A stretch of 64,000 nt of DNA, taken from NCBI GenBank assembly GCA_973895155.1, contig OZ316894.1, forward strand, positions 7,278,234-7,342,233, given 5' to 3'. Positions 1-9,750 of this stretch are shown here, one piece after another; the first letter of the stretch is position 1; each line of letters starts with the position of its first letter. Made by a program: the position numbers and the translations under genes. The notes beneath the pieces are model-generated. The model saw only the letters and a program-made list of their open reading frames with translations. It did no database searches and was not told the DNA's origin. The stretch comes from Marsupella aquatica. Taxonomy: Eukaryota > Plantae > Marchantiophyta.

Positions 1-440
1 TTCTCTCTACATCGGTATTTCCGAAGCAAACCATTTCAGACTATTTTGTATCCAATGCAAAGAGAGTCAGATATCCACTTGGGTGACCTTAATCGCAAAA
101 CTTGGCGTCCGATACATATCATATCGGAATTTCCGTTACCTAGAGCTTCGCAATGTGCGTAATTTATAGCATCGGAGTTTCCGATGCGTTTAGTAACGCA
201 ACATCCGTTGGATTATAGATCGGAAGGTCCAATGTTGCATGTATCGGACAATCCGAGTGGTTTCATATTGGATGGTCCGAAGTGGTCGGTATCGGACATT
301 GGATTTTTGTCATGCTTGTTGGACGAGGGGTCCGATGCATTTAGTATAGGACTGTTCGAAGAGCAGAGTATCGGATGTCCCGATACTGAAAGCATGGGAT
401 AATTAGGTGTTTTTCCGATGTATATTGCATTGGACTAGTA
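1..440. repeat. Cluster of short TCCGAT/ATCGGA-type motifs in both orientations, probably subterminal repeats of the CACTA-like element carrying the TnpA-like gene
   Basis: Many copies of (g/t)tccgat(g/a)c and gtatcgga in 1-440; the same motif recurs at 1860-2010 and 28390-28600. Confidence 0.6.
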
Positions 441-722
441 ACGGACAAGGGTGATTCTTTCTTGATAGAAGAGTGGGCCTCATGGGGTTGGTATTTGAGG
501 GTTTAGGGTTAGTTTCATGGTGAAATGGGCCAAATTGGGTTAAATTATGATTGATGCAAAAGAATGTTATATGTACAAGCTCAAAATGTCATATTCAAAA
601 AGGGAAACCCCCTGGTATGTACAATATGTAGTAGCCTAGGTAGTTTACTATACTAGATGGTACATATATATGCTAGTATAAAATCTACCATGCACTACAT
701 ATCTAGCTCATGCCACTAAGCT

Positions 723-2236
723 CTAAAAAGGTGTGTTGCATCCCTTCTTCTTCTTCGGGCAAGAACGAGGGGGTGGTACAGGTCCAGGAACACAAGACCC
801 CTCATCTCTCTGGCTGCCCACAACTGTGGCAACCACCTGCTCACCAGTGGGTTGGCCTGATGCTGGCCGGGACCCTGACCCACTAGATGCACCGCTAGGA
901 TGCTGAGGTGCAACAGATGCCTCTAAACCCCCTGACATAGCAAAGTGGAAGGAGCCATCTCCCCCTCCGGTAGACCTGTGAGAGTGATGGGATGCATCCC
1001 CTGCAGATGCTGTCTGTGGCCCATGCCGTGCGGTACTCCCACCAGACTCACGTGATGGCGCTCGCCCCCTAGAGCCACCATCCTCCATGTCACGACCCAC
1101 TTGTCGAGAAGAGCCAGGTGTACCGGATAGTACTCCAGAGCGATGGCCTGGTCCCGCGCCACCTCTACTACCCCCTGAGGGGCCGGGCCTCACACTCCGT
1201 GACACTCCCGACTGATGGGAGGCCACAACATGAACACCATGTGACCTACCCCTCTGTGCTGATGTGGGGGCAACATGAGGGATTGCAGGGGTAGGGGTAA
1301 CTCGGGGCACCCTCCCCGATCGCTCTGCCGCACCCTCTAAGGGCACCGACGCCTCAGAATCATATCCCTCCTCTCCCTCACCATTCTCTCCTTCTTCACC
1401 ATCACCCTCCTCCTCACCCTCACCCTCCTCTCCCTCATCAGACCCTGTCTCCTCATCCTGCACAATACATAAGTAGGGTTAAATTGCATTTGAAAACATA
1501 GTTCCTTGAAAGCTCTCTAATATTGACCACAACCAAAAACAATTTGAACCTATATAGGGCCAATTCAACACCAATTACCTCTCCCAACTCCTCCTCAAGG
1601 TGGAGCTTAAGAGCTCGGGGTCCATCCCTCTTTGCTAACTCCCTCTCTGACGGCCCAATAGGTCGACCCCAGTCCCACTCCTGACACATCACAATACCAA
1701 ACAAGAAACCCATTAGCATGAAAACTAGTCTTTGCATCGACCCAACTTTTCCCAATTCTTGTAAGGGGTCCCATGCCTTCTTAGGGTACTGAAGAATGCA
1801 AACCCATACCCCTAATTGAGTGAAACAGCAATATTTTAAAAAACCCGTTGTTCTTACGAGGGGTCCGATGCTGTTTCCGATACTTAAAGCAACGGAATAG
1901 TATCGGATCCCGGTAACCCTAAATGGCATAACAACAGGTCCGATACTAGGTCCGATGCTAAAAGCTTCGGATGAGTATCGGACAGAATAGTCCCGAGAGC
2001 AAAAAACATCGGGCTGAAATGGCATAAAGGCATTTGGCAGCAGAAATTGAGTCACTCTTCGCAAGAGAAGGTCAGGTGGTCGGGGGGAGGAGCTAGGGAG
2101 GAGGGAGAAGGCACTTACGAACTCTGCTTTCAGTCGATTGGAGCCTCCTTGCCCCATGCGGTGAGTGACGATGGGTCGCCCTTGGACTCGCTCCAATGCT
2201 TTGATGATGTCCTTGGGTGGCTCTTTTAACCTCATG
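723..2236 (-). pseudogene. 3' part of a spliced CACTA TnpA/Transposase_24-like gene split by Gypsy B
   Basis: RLKEPPKDIIKALERVQGRPIVTHRMGQGGSNRLKAEF ends at a GTAAGT donor (2118). Probable exons 1680-1579 (EWDWGRPIGPSERELAKRDG) and 1457-723 (acidic, Gly/Ser-rich). HRMGQGG...GRP resembles the Ptta/En/Spm motif. Reads as the continuation of 27439-28315. Confidence 0.6.
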
Positions 2237-2239
2237 ACA

Positions 2240-2467
2240 TCCACCCTTACCAAACCTGAGCAGCCTCTGGCCTGCTCCACACTGCAAATGTCAATCTCCA
2301 TCATCACTATCACCCTTACCGTTAGATGAATCACTTTCATCACCCTCAAAATCATTCTCATCATCTAGCACAACACTAGTATCTTCCTCCAAAAAGGTGT
2401 CATCAATAAATCGATCTCTCCTTTTGAACAACTTGACCCTTTTCCCTGCATAGAGATGGGCATGGGG
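2240..2467 (-). mobile_element. 3' end of Gypsy B: integrase C-terminus and polypurine tract
   Basis: Removing element A and one AACAC copy joins YRVRELDGV (18125) in frame to PHAHLYAGKRVKLFKRR; stop at 2291; purine tract GGTAAGGGTGGA followed by TGT at 2239. Confidence 0.8.
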
Positions 2468-3583
2468 AACACTGTCACTTGCCTCTCCAACGGTTAATAC
2501 GTGCAAACCGCACTTTTCTTCGCTTAAACCGTTGGTATCGTATTACGGGGTCGTGGAGGGACGCTATTTGGATTCTTTTCACACCAGGATGAGTATTTTG
2601 GTTTCCGCTCCCGGAAATGTAGGTTTTGATCAAGTCTACCGACTACCCTCACCCCACAGCTTTTGATCAAGTCCTGCCGACTACCCCACTACACCTTCAC
2701 TCGGAGTCACCCAAAGAGTGCTGTCACCACCCCTACTCACAAGGCCGACTCAAACCAAGCAAGTTTCTTCAAATCATAGAACGGGAGAACACAATTCGGA
2801 AAGCGAAAAAGGGAGAAGGAACACACAACAAAAGCCCATCAAGTCAAATGTACAGATCCATATCTCTTGGGAAAAACGATACACATTGCATGAGTAACCC
2901 GGCCTCCTGCCGTCTACTCAACTCCTGCCTCTCCGGACAATGAGTATGGCTCCCCCTCACTACTCTGAACACGCTTTCAAACTCCTCAGGCTCCACTCTA
3001 TCCCTCCTTGCTAACTTCACACTGAGTCCCCCTAACTACTTCGGGGCTATCCCCCTAAATACTGAAAAATCACACCAAAGCACCCCTCACAGGGTCACAA
3101 CGGTGGCGGCTACCCTAGCGGCGCCGCTAAAACCTTGCACTAAGAGAAATCCTTAAACTGAAGAGGAGCATGCGGCACACACATGCTGCTAAAACCCTAA
3201 ACCCAAAACAAGGGGGCCGACGGTGCCTTCGACGGCGCCCCAACAGTACACGTGAACCCTGAAAGTGAGAGGCACCCCAAAATGGCCGAAACTAGGTGCC
3301 CTTCCAAGTGCACACCTGAGCTCACCCCTGGATAGCTCTTCTTTTCCTGCTTCCGAATCACTAAGTCGCTCCCTCAACGGACTTCAGACGCCTGAGTTAT
3401 GGCCGTTTCCGTACCGCAAAAACATAAGTTCTCCAGGCCATAACTTGCTCATCCTGGCTCCGTTTGAGGAGCGCCGCCTCTTGTTGGAATCAGCTCCGCG
3501 AGCTCATCCCAACAAGCCCATGAGTGACCCCCCACTAAAATGTTGGAAATCTGGAGGCCGTACACCCACGTCCGTACGCCTAT

Positions 3584-5440
3584 CTAATCCTCCTCTTCTT
3601 CTTCGCTCTCGGTGCCCGGACTTGTGCCCCGCGAGTGGTCCTCCTCCTCATCACTCACGGGAGTGAGTGCCACCGTACTTTTCTTCTTCTTCGACGGAGT
3701 ACTCTTAGTGCTGCTGCTCCCGCGCTTCCTCAAAGCAGCCAAGGCCTGCCACGCCTTGATGTACCCCTCACCAATTGTGTCCTTCCAGAGGGTAGCCTCT
3801 TCTCCGGACCGCAACTCCAACGGTAGAACTTGCCCCGTGGCCATGGGAGTCCCGGGGGTGACAGACCTGGGTGGCATCCCCGTACTGACCTGAGCCTCCC
3901 GTAACGATTTCCGTACCTCCCGGAGCTTCTTCTCCAAGCTCTTACTCTTCTCCTGACTCTTCTTGGCTCCATCCAACAAGGGTCCATACTTCCCACTAAC
4001 CTCCTTCACCACCATCTCGATAGCTTGGGAGATCACATCCGGGGAAAGTGTGGAGCCAGGTGTGCCGGGACTCTTCCGTTTCCCTAGACTCAGGGCCTCA
4101 CTTCTCTTCGCTCGTGTCTCAAAGGCTGCCACCTGACTCCGTAGTGCTCCCACCTGGTTCCTCCACTCCATCACTTCTCCAGAATTTTGCTTCTCTTTGG
4201 CCAATGCTTGCCTCAACGCTCCTACTTCTTCTGCTTCCTTGGCCTTGGTGGACAAAGCTCCCTTCAAGTTGGTGATCTCTACGTGAGCTGCATTGATGTG
4301 CCTGACCTTCTCATGAATGGTCTGCTCCTTGGTCTTGATCACCTCCTTCAGTGACAGGATGCTCTGCTCTAACGTCTCTACTTTGACTGTGGCGTGCTTG
4401 AGAGACTCCCTCAATGCGTGGACTAGCTTGAGTCCCTCGTGGACTCCCTCTCTGAAATCCCGTAGCTCTGCCAAGTAAACATCCGGAATGTTGTATTCCA
4501 GAGGCTGTTTCGGATCTCCCACGAGTGATTCAAGCCACTCCAATGTGCAATCATCCTCCTGGTTCTCTTCTTCTCTATTATCCTCCCCACCAGCAGACAA
4601 TGATTCCTCCGTGAGCTTCCCTAAAACGGTAGTGGCAATACTCCGGATCTCCGTGGTGAGAGATGATCCCGTGTCTTCATGCCCCGGAGAACCAATCAAC
4701 CCTTCTGCCCTGGCCAATACAAATGACCCCATCAAATGTACAGCCCCACCTGGTTTCACACTCCCGGGCTCAGCGGCCAATAGCTTCTTCAATCCGTAGC
4801 ACCACCATCCGTACACATGGGCTGGGTAGTTCTTGATGTCCATAGCTACCACGAAATGCTCCTCATTCAGCACTCCGGATTGCACGTTGCCAAGAACCCG
4901 TTGATGCACCTTGGCCAGGAAGCCCTTATACTCAACATCCTTGACAGCAGAAAGAGGGATGGCGGTGGTGGAGGTAGGATTGGTCACCCAAGTGGCCACC
5001 ATTTTCAACGTGAGTTCTCCCCTGATATTCCGAGGTGTGAATGAGAATTTCTGATTCTCAAGAAACAATAGCTTAGCCAACTCCACATGGGGCACTACAC
5101 GTTTGAGACATTCAAAGTAGATTCCCTCCGTTCGGAACTCCATCCCGGCCTCAATGTCCCAGCTCTTCCCTGAAGGGATGGTAATCTCCACCTTCATGAA
5201 TTCTGTAAGCCCGGTGGCTTGGAAAATGTTCCGACAATCCTCCATCACCTTGGTGGAGGTCTTGGGATAAATTCGACGAAAAATCTTCCTACCCACCGGT
5301 GAGGAACCCGCTGCCAATCCCGTGCTCATCATAACTTCTCTCTCTTCCCTTTCCCGTGTAATCCGAGTCTCCACGTAGTCACGGTAAGCAGCCTTGTATC
5401 TCCGAATGCGTGACGCACTAAACTCTGGTTGATCTAGCAT
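3584..5440 (-). CDS. LTR-encoded 618-aa protein: globular N-terminal domain, central coiled coil, basic then acidic tail; function unknown
   Basis: Uninterrupted ORF entirely inside the LTR, same sense as gag-pol; heptad-rich middle; PSKKKKS NLS-like motif. Confidence 0.75.
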   Translation of the reverse strand: MLDQPEFSASRIRRYKAAYRDYVETRITREREEREVMMSTGLAAGSSPVGRKIFRRIYPKTSTKVMEDCRNIFQATGLTEFMKVEITIPSGKSWDIEAGMEFRTEGIYFECLKRVVPHVELAKLLFLENQKFSFTPRNIRGELTLKMVATWVTNPTSTTAIPLSAVKDVEYKGFLAKVHQRVLGNVQSGVLNEEHFVVAMDIKNYPAHVYGWWCYGLKKLLAAEPGSVKPGGAVHLMGSFVLARAEGLIGSPGHEDTGSSLTTEIRSIATTVLGKLTEESLSAGGEDNREEENQEDDCTLEWLESLVGDPKQPLEYNIPDVYLAELRDFREGVHEGLKLVHALRESLKHATVKVETLEQSILSLKEVIKTKEQTIHEKVRHINAAHVEITNLKGALSTKAKEAEEVGALRQALAKEKQNSGEVMEWRNQVGALRSQVAAFETRAKRSEALSLGKRKSPGTPGSTLSPDVISQAIEMVVKEVSGKYGPLLDGAKKSQEKSKSLEKKLREVRKSLREAQVSTGMPPRSVTPGTPMATGQVLPLELRSGEEATLWKDTIGEGYIKAWQALAALRKRGSSSTKSTPSKKKKSTVALTPVSDEEEDHSRGTSPGTESEEEEED

Positions 5441-5873
5441 CCATGCATCCCGAAATCAATTTCTCAATCACCAATCCCGTCACCCGTGGCAATGTCAATT
5501 CCCTGGCCCGAAACAGCCCCCGTAGCCCGATCACTTAAATTCTCTCAATTTCCCGTCACTACTCCGTGCGGCCGCCACTAATGCCTGGAAGAATGACGCC
5601 AGCAAGCCCCACTAATCCACCATGAAAGAGAGAGCTTCAAAAATAATTAGAATCTGGAGAGAGCTTCCGGCAAGAGAGAGAAGAACCCCGTTTTTGCTTT
5701 CGGCAATGAGAGGGTCGTGCAAAAGGAAGAGGGAAAGAAAAAGGAAGGGAAAAAAAAAATAGAACCGAAAAAACTCCTGGCGCCTTCGCCATGCGCCCCG
5801 GCCCATTTCTCGGGCCTTACCCTTGCGTCCTCCTGCGCGCGGCCCTATGCAGGGCGCGCGGCCATTCCTCCCG

Positions 5874-6096
5874 GCTCGCGGGAGGCCCTTCAACTCCCCC
5901 CCGCTCGCGTGATCCTCCCAGCTCGCGGGAGGCCCTTTAACTCCCCCCCCCCCGCTCGCTTGCGCTCCTTCAGCTCGCGGAGCCTCATTAATTGCCCGGG
6001 CACGCAGCCCTATGGGCTCGCGAGGCAGCCCCTTCAGCTCGCGGAGCCCCATTAATCGCCCGGGCACGCAGCCCTATGGGCTCGCGAGGCAGCCCC
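5874..6096. repeat. GC-rich repeats in the LTR upstream of the LTR ORF (GCTCGCG motifs; 64-bp unit x2 at 5967 and 6031)
   Basis: Directly visible; mirrored at about 17533-17756. Confidence 0.85.
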
Positions 6097-6423
6097 TCTT
6101 TCTCTCGGACGGCCACTAATGGGACTCGCCCTCCTGAGGAGGGATTTATTTAAAAAAAAACCCCCCCCTCTCCTGACTTTGCAATGGGGGTCTCAACAAT
6201 AGCTCTTGAAGCAAAACGGTAAGTCCTATGGGGCTGGTCCTGGCTAGTTTCAAGGTCCCAAAATATTTGCCCACTTAGGTCGCCGCAAATCTTAGAACTA
6301 TTATGAGAGAAAGAATATAAAGTCACCTGGGGCATCATCAACCTATAATGACGGAATTAACTAAAAATTAAAAAATGGCTTATTTACATTGACTATTAAC
6401 AAGGTATCGGCCTTTGCAACCAG

Positions 6424-8691
6424 TTATGTGTGACTTCCCGTGACGGGGTACCCGTCACATAGCTCCTCTCTTAATTGCGAAGCGCCCCCGCGAGCACCAT
6501 ACTCTTCCTCCGTGTAGTACTTCTTTAGGCGCTCTTGATTGATCCGTGTGTTGAGTAGTTGCCCCTCCAATGTCTTGAGTTGAACCGAGCCGTTGGAGTA
6601 GACGGCATCCACTACGTAGGGTCCCATCCACCGTGTATGCAACTTCCCAGGGAAATGCATGAAGCGGCTATCGTAGAGGAGCACCAAATCTCCCTCCTCA
6701 ATGGACACACGACGGAGACGGGAATCGTAATGTGACTTGCGTTTGCCTTGCTCCTGCTCCGTATGTGTCAAAGCCTCTTCTCGTGTCTCCGTGAGTTGCT
6801 CCAACTGTTGGATCCGTGAAGCGACACTTTCTTCTGCCCCTTCCCTTTCCCGTGTTAGGATTCGAATGGTTGGAACCTCAAATTCCACCGGCACAAGAGA
6901 GTGTTGTCCAAACACAAGGAAATAGGGGCTGTGGCCCGTGGTAGTCTTGTGAGCCAGGTTGTAAGCGTAAGTGGCAGCCAACAACTTCAAATCCCAATCG
7001 GTCTTGTGAGCGGATACCGTTTTGTTGAGGATCTTGCCCATGATCCCGTTGGCTCTCTCAGTGAGCCCGTTGGCTCGAGGGTGGTACGGAGTGGTCTTCC
7101 TATGTGAGATCAAGTAGTTCTCCGTCAAACGTTCAATCGTATGATTGAGGAAGTGAGTACCCCTGTCACTTACCAACTCCAATGGTGGACCAAATCGTGT
7201 AAAAATCTGCTCATACAAAAAACGTGCCGTGGTGTTGGCATCATCCTTGGCAGTAGCTCGGGCCTCCACCCACTTGGTGGCATAGTCCGTTGCAAGAATG
7301 ATGTAGCGCTTCCTCCCTCTTCGTGTGATGGGAGTGAAAGGGCCAATGAAGTCCACCCCCCACTTCTCAAAGGGTGCAAGAGGAAGTATGGGCACCAATG
7401 GGTGTCGTGAGGAGGGCCCTGGTTTGCCTTGACGCTGGCACGGATCACATCGCTGGATGTACCGGTGTACATCCCGAAAGAGAGTTGGCCACCAATATCC
7501 AGCATCTAGTATTTTCCTTGCGGTGGTCTCCCGTGCAAAGTGGCCACCAGCTTCCTCCTCATGTAATGCTGCCATGACTGTACGTATCTCCGCTTCCTCC
7601 AAACAACGACGAAGTCGGCCATCCATGCCGTACTTGTGAAGTACTCCCTTCACAAGCAAGTAGGGACCTGTCTTACGCAAAAACACTACTGCTCTCTCCA
7701 GGCCCAAACGTGAGGGAACTCTAGCCGTGCGGAGAAATTCCAAAATTTCTCCATACCAAGTAGTGGCCTCTGTATTCACGCTGAACACTTCCTCATCCGG
7801 GAACCGATCATCAATCTCCTGGGAGTCAGATGCTCCCTCAATACGGGAGAAGAAGTCTGCATTGCTATGACTCTTCCCCGATCTTACTCTCACCTCATAG
7901 TTGAACTCTTGTAGCAACAAAACCCAACGTGCAATTCTCCCGGACAGATCTGGCTTGTTGACCATGTATTTCAAGCTGTTGTGATCCGTGTGGAACACAA
8001 CCTTGTACCCCAACAAATAATGACGATACTTCTTACAAGCGTAGATGATACCAAGTGCCTCCCTATCGGTGGGTGAGTAGTTTTTCTCTGCCGGGGCCAA
8101 CTGCCTACTGGCAAAGTAGATGGGATGGTCTCTTCCATCATCATCTAACTGACTCAAAACGGCACCGATGCAAAATCCTGATACGTCTACGTAAACATGG
8201 AATTCCTTATTCCAATTGGGCGTAATGAGCACGGGGGCCTCTAGCAATCGTTTCTTCAATTCATCAAAAGCAGCCTGACGGGAAGGAGTAGGTTCAAACT
8301 CACTTCCTTTTTTCAACATGGAAGTGAGTGGCATGGCTACCTTGGCAAAGTCTTTGATGAAGCGTCGGTAGTAGCCAACACACCCCAAGAACCCTCTCAC
8401 TTCCTTCACATTCTTGGGAAATGAGACTGCTACCCACACGGCGACCTTCTCACGATCAACTTCAATCCCTCGTGCAGACACTTTGTGGCCCAATAGGATT
8501 CCCTCCTCAATTCCAAAGAAACATTTCTCCGGATGCAGCTTCAGGCAAGTCTCCCGGCACCGCTGAAAAGTCAACTGTAAGTGTTCCGGATGCTTGACTC
8601 GTTTGCCGTAGACAGCAAAGTCATCAATAAAGATCTCCAAGAACCTGCGTAAAAAGTCATGAAATATATTCATCATGAGCCGTTGGAACAT
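6424..8691 (-). CDS. Pol 3' part: duplicated RT C-terminal half and RNase H, then integrase
   Basis: FIDD, DVSGFCIGAVLSQ, H..GGH...CDPC zinc finger, DFIGP/SDRGTHF/ER catalytic motifs, GPY; separated from the upstream ORF by the duplication frameshift. Confidence 0.9.
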   Translation of the reverse strand: MFQRLMMNIFHDFLRRFLEIFIDDFAVYGKRVKHPEHLQLTFQRCRETCLKLHPEKCFFGIEEGILLGHKVSARGIEVDREKVAVWVAVSFPKNVKEVRGFLGCVGYYRRFIKDFAKVAMPLTSMLKKGSEFEPTPSRQAAFDELKKRLLEAPVLITPNWNKEFHVYVDVSGFCIGAVLSQLDDDGRDHPIYFASRQLAPAEKNYSPTDREALGIIYACKKYRHYLLGYKVVFHTDHNSLKYMVNKPDLSGRIARWVLLLQEFNYEVRVRSGKSHSNADFFSRIEGASDSQEIDDRFPDEEVFSVNTEATTWYGEILEFLRTARVPSRLGLERAVVFLRKTGPYLLVKGVLHKYGMDGRLRRCLEEAEIRTVMAALHEEEAGGHFARETTARKILDAGYWWPTLFRDVHRYIQRCDPCQRQGKPGPSSRHPLVPILPLAPFEKWGVDFIGPFTPITRRGRKRYIILATDYATKWVEARATAKDDANTTARFLYEQIFTRFGPPLELVSDRGTHFLNHTIERLTENYLISHRKTTPYHPRANGLTERANGIMGKILNKTVSAHKTDWDLKLLAATYAYNLAHKTTTGHSPYFLVFGQHSLVPVEFEVPTIRILTREREGAEESVASRIQQLEQLTETREEALTHTEQEQGKRKSHYDSRLRRVSIEEGDLVLLYDSRFMHFPGKLHTRWMGPYVVDAVYSNGSVQLKTLEGQLLNTRINQERLKKYYTEEEYGARGGASQLREELCDGYPVTGSHT
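6460..6473 (-). other. Polypurine tract of element A
   Basis: AAGAGAGGAG-CTA immediately before the TGTGACGGG start of the 3' LTR. Confidence 0.8.
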
Positions 8692-9750
8692 GCCAGTACT
8701 CCCTTCACAAGCAAGTAGGGACCTGTCTTACGCAAAAACACTGCTGCTCTCTCCGGGCCCAAACGTGAGGGAACTCTAGCCGTGCGGAGAAATTCCAAAA
8801 TTTCTCCATACCAAGTAGTGGCCTCTGTATTCACGCTGAACACTTCCTCATCCGGGAACCGATCATCAATCTCCTGGGAGTCAGATGCTCCCTCAATACG
8901 GGAGAAGAAGTCTGCATTGCTATGACTCTTCCCCGATCTTACTCTCACCTCATAGTTGAACTCTTGTAGCAACAAAACCCAACGTGCAATTCTCCCGGAC
9001 AGATCTGGCTTGTTGACCATGTATTTCAAGCTGTTGTGATCCGTGTGGAACACAACCTTGTACCCCAACAAATAATGACGATACTTCTTACAAGCGTAGA
9101 TGATACCAAGTGCCTCCCTATCGGTGGGTGAGTAGTTTTTCTCTGCCGGGGCCAACTGCCTACTGGCAAAGTAGATGGGATGGTCTCTTCCATCATCATC
9201 TAACTGACTCAAAACGGCACCGATGCAAAATCCTGATACGTCTACGTAAACATGGAATTCCTTATTCCAATTGGGCGTAATGAGCACGGGGGCCTCTAGC
9301 AATCGTTTCTTCAATTCATCAAAAGCAGCCTGACGGGAAGGAGTAGGTTCAAACTCACTTCCTTTTTTCAACATGGAAGTGAGTGGCATGGCTACCTTGG
9401 CAAAGTCTTTGATGAAGCGTCGGTAGTAGCCAACACACCCCAAGAACCCTCTCACTTCCTTCACATTCTTGGGAAATGAGACTGCTACCCACACGGCGAC
9501 CTTCTCACGATCAACTTCAATCCCTCGTGCAGACACTTTGTGGCCCAATAGGATTCCCTCCTCAATTCCAAAGAAACATTTCTCCGGATGCAGCTTCAGG
9601 CAAGTCTCCCGGCACCGCTGAAAAGTCAACCGTAAGTGTTCCGGATGCTTGACTCGTTTGCCGTAGACAGCAAAGTCATCAATAAAGATCTCCAAGAACC
9701 TGCGTAAAAAGTCATGAAATATATTCATCATGAGCCGTTGGAACATGCCA
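7641..9750. repeat. 1055-bp tandem duplication inside pol (7641-8695 and 8696-9750)
   Basis: Offset is 1055 at both ends; about 3 substitutions seen; length is not a multiple of 3. Confidence 0.95.

Larger units (their letters stand above)
2473..6459 (-). repeat. 3' LTR of element A (3987 bp)
   Basis: Direct repeat of 14133-18119 at offset 11660; I saw only about 7 differences by eye. Confidence 0.97.

Noticed and set aside
1453-2364. 303-aa ORF as a single gene
   Set aside because: It is a chimera of an alternative frame of Gypsy B, TnpA-like exons and repeat-rich introns
3189-3205. AAACCCTAAACCC as telomeric array (also near 500, 52925, 55945)
   Set aside because: Only 1-2 units; at most telo-box promoter motifs
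2626-3666. Short plus-strand ORFs in the LTR and the many short ORFs antisense to TE genes
   Set aside because: No recognisable motifs; expected shadow ORFs, repeated only because the LTR is repeated
3584-5440. LTR ORF as an env gene
   Set aside because: No evident signal peptide or transmembrane helix; it has a coiled coil and an NLS-like tail
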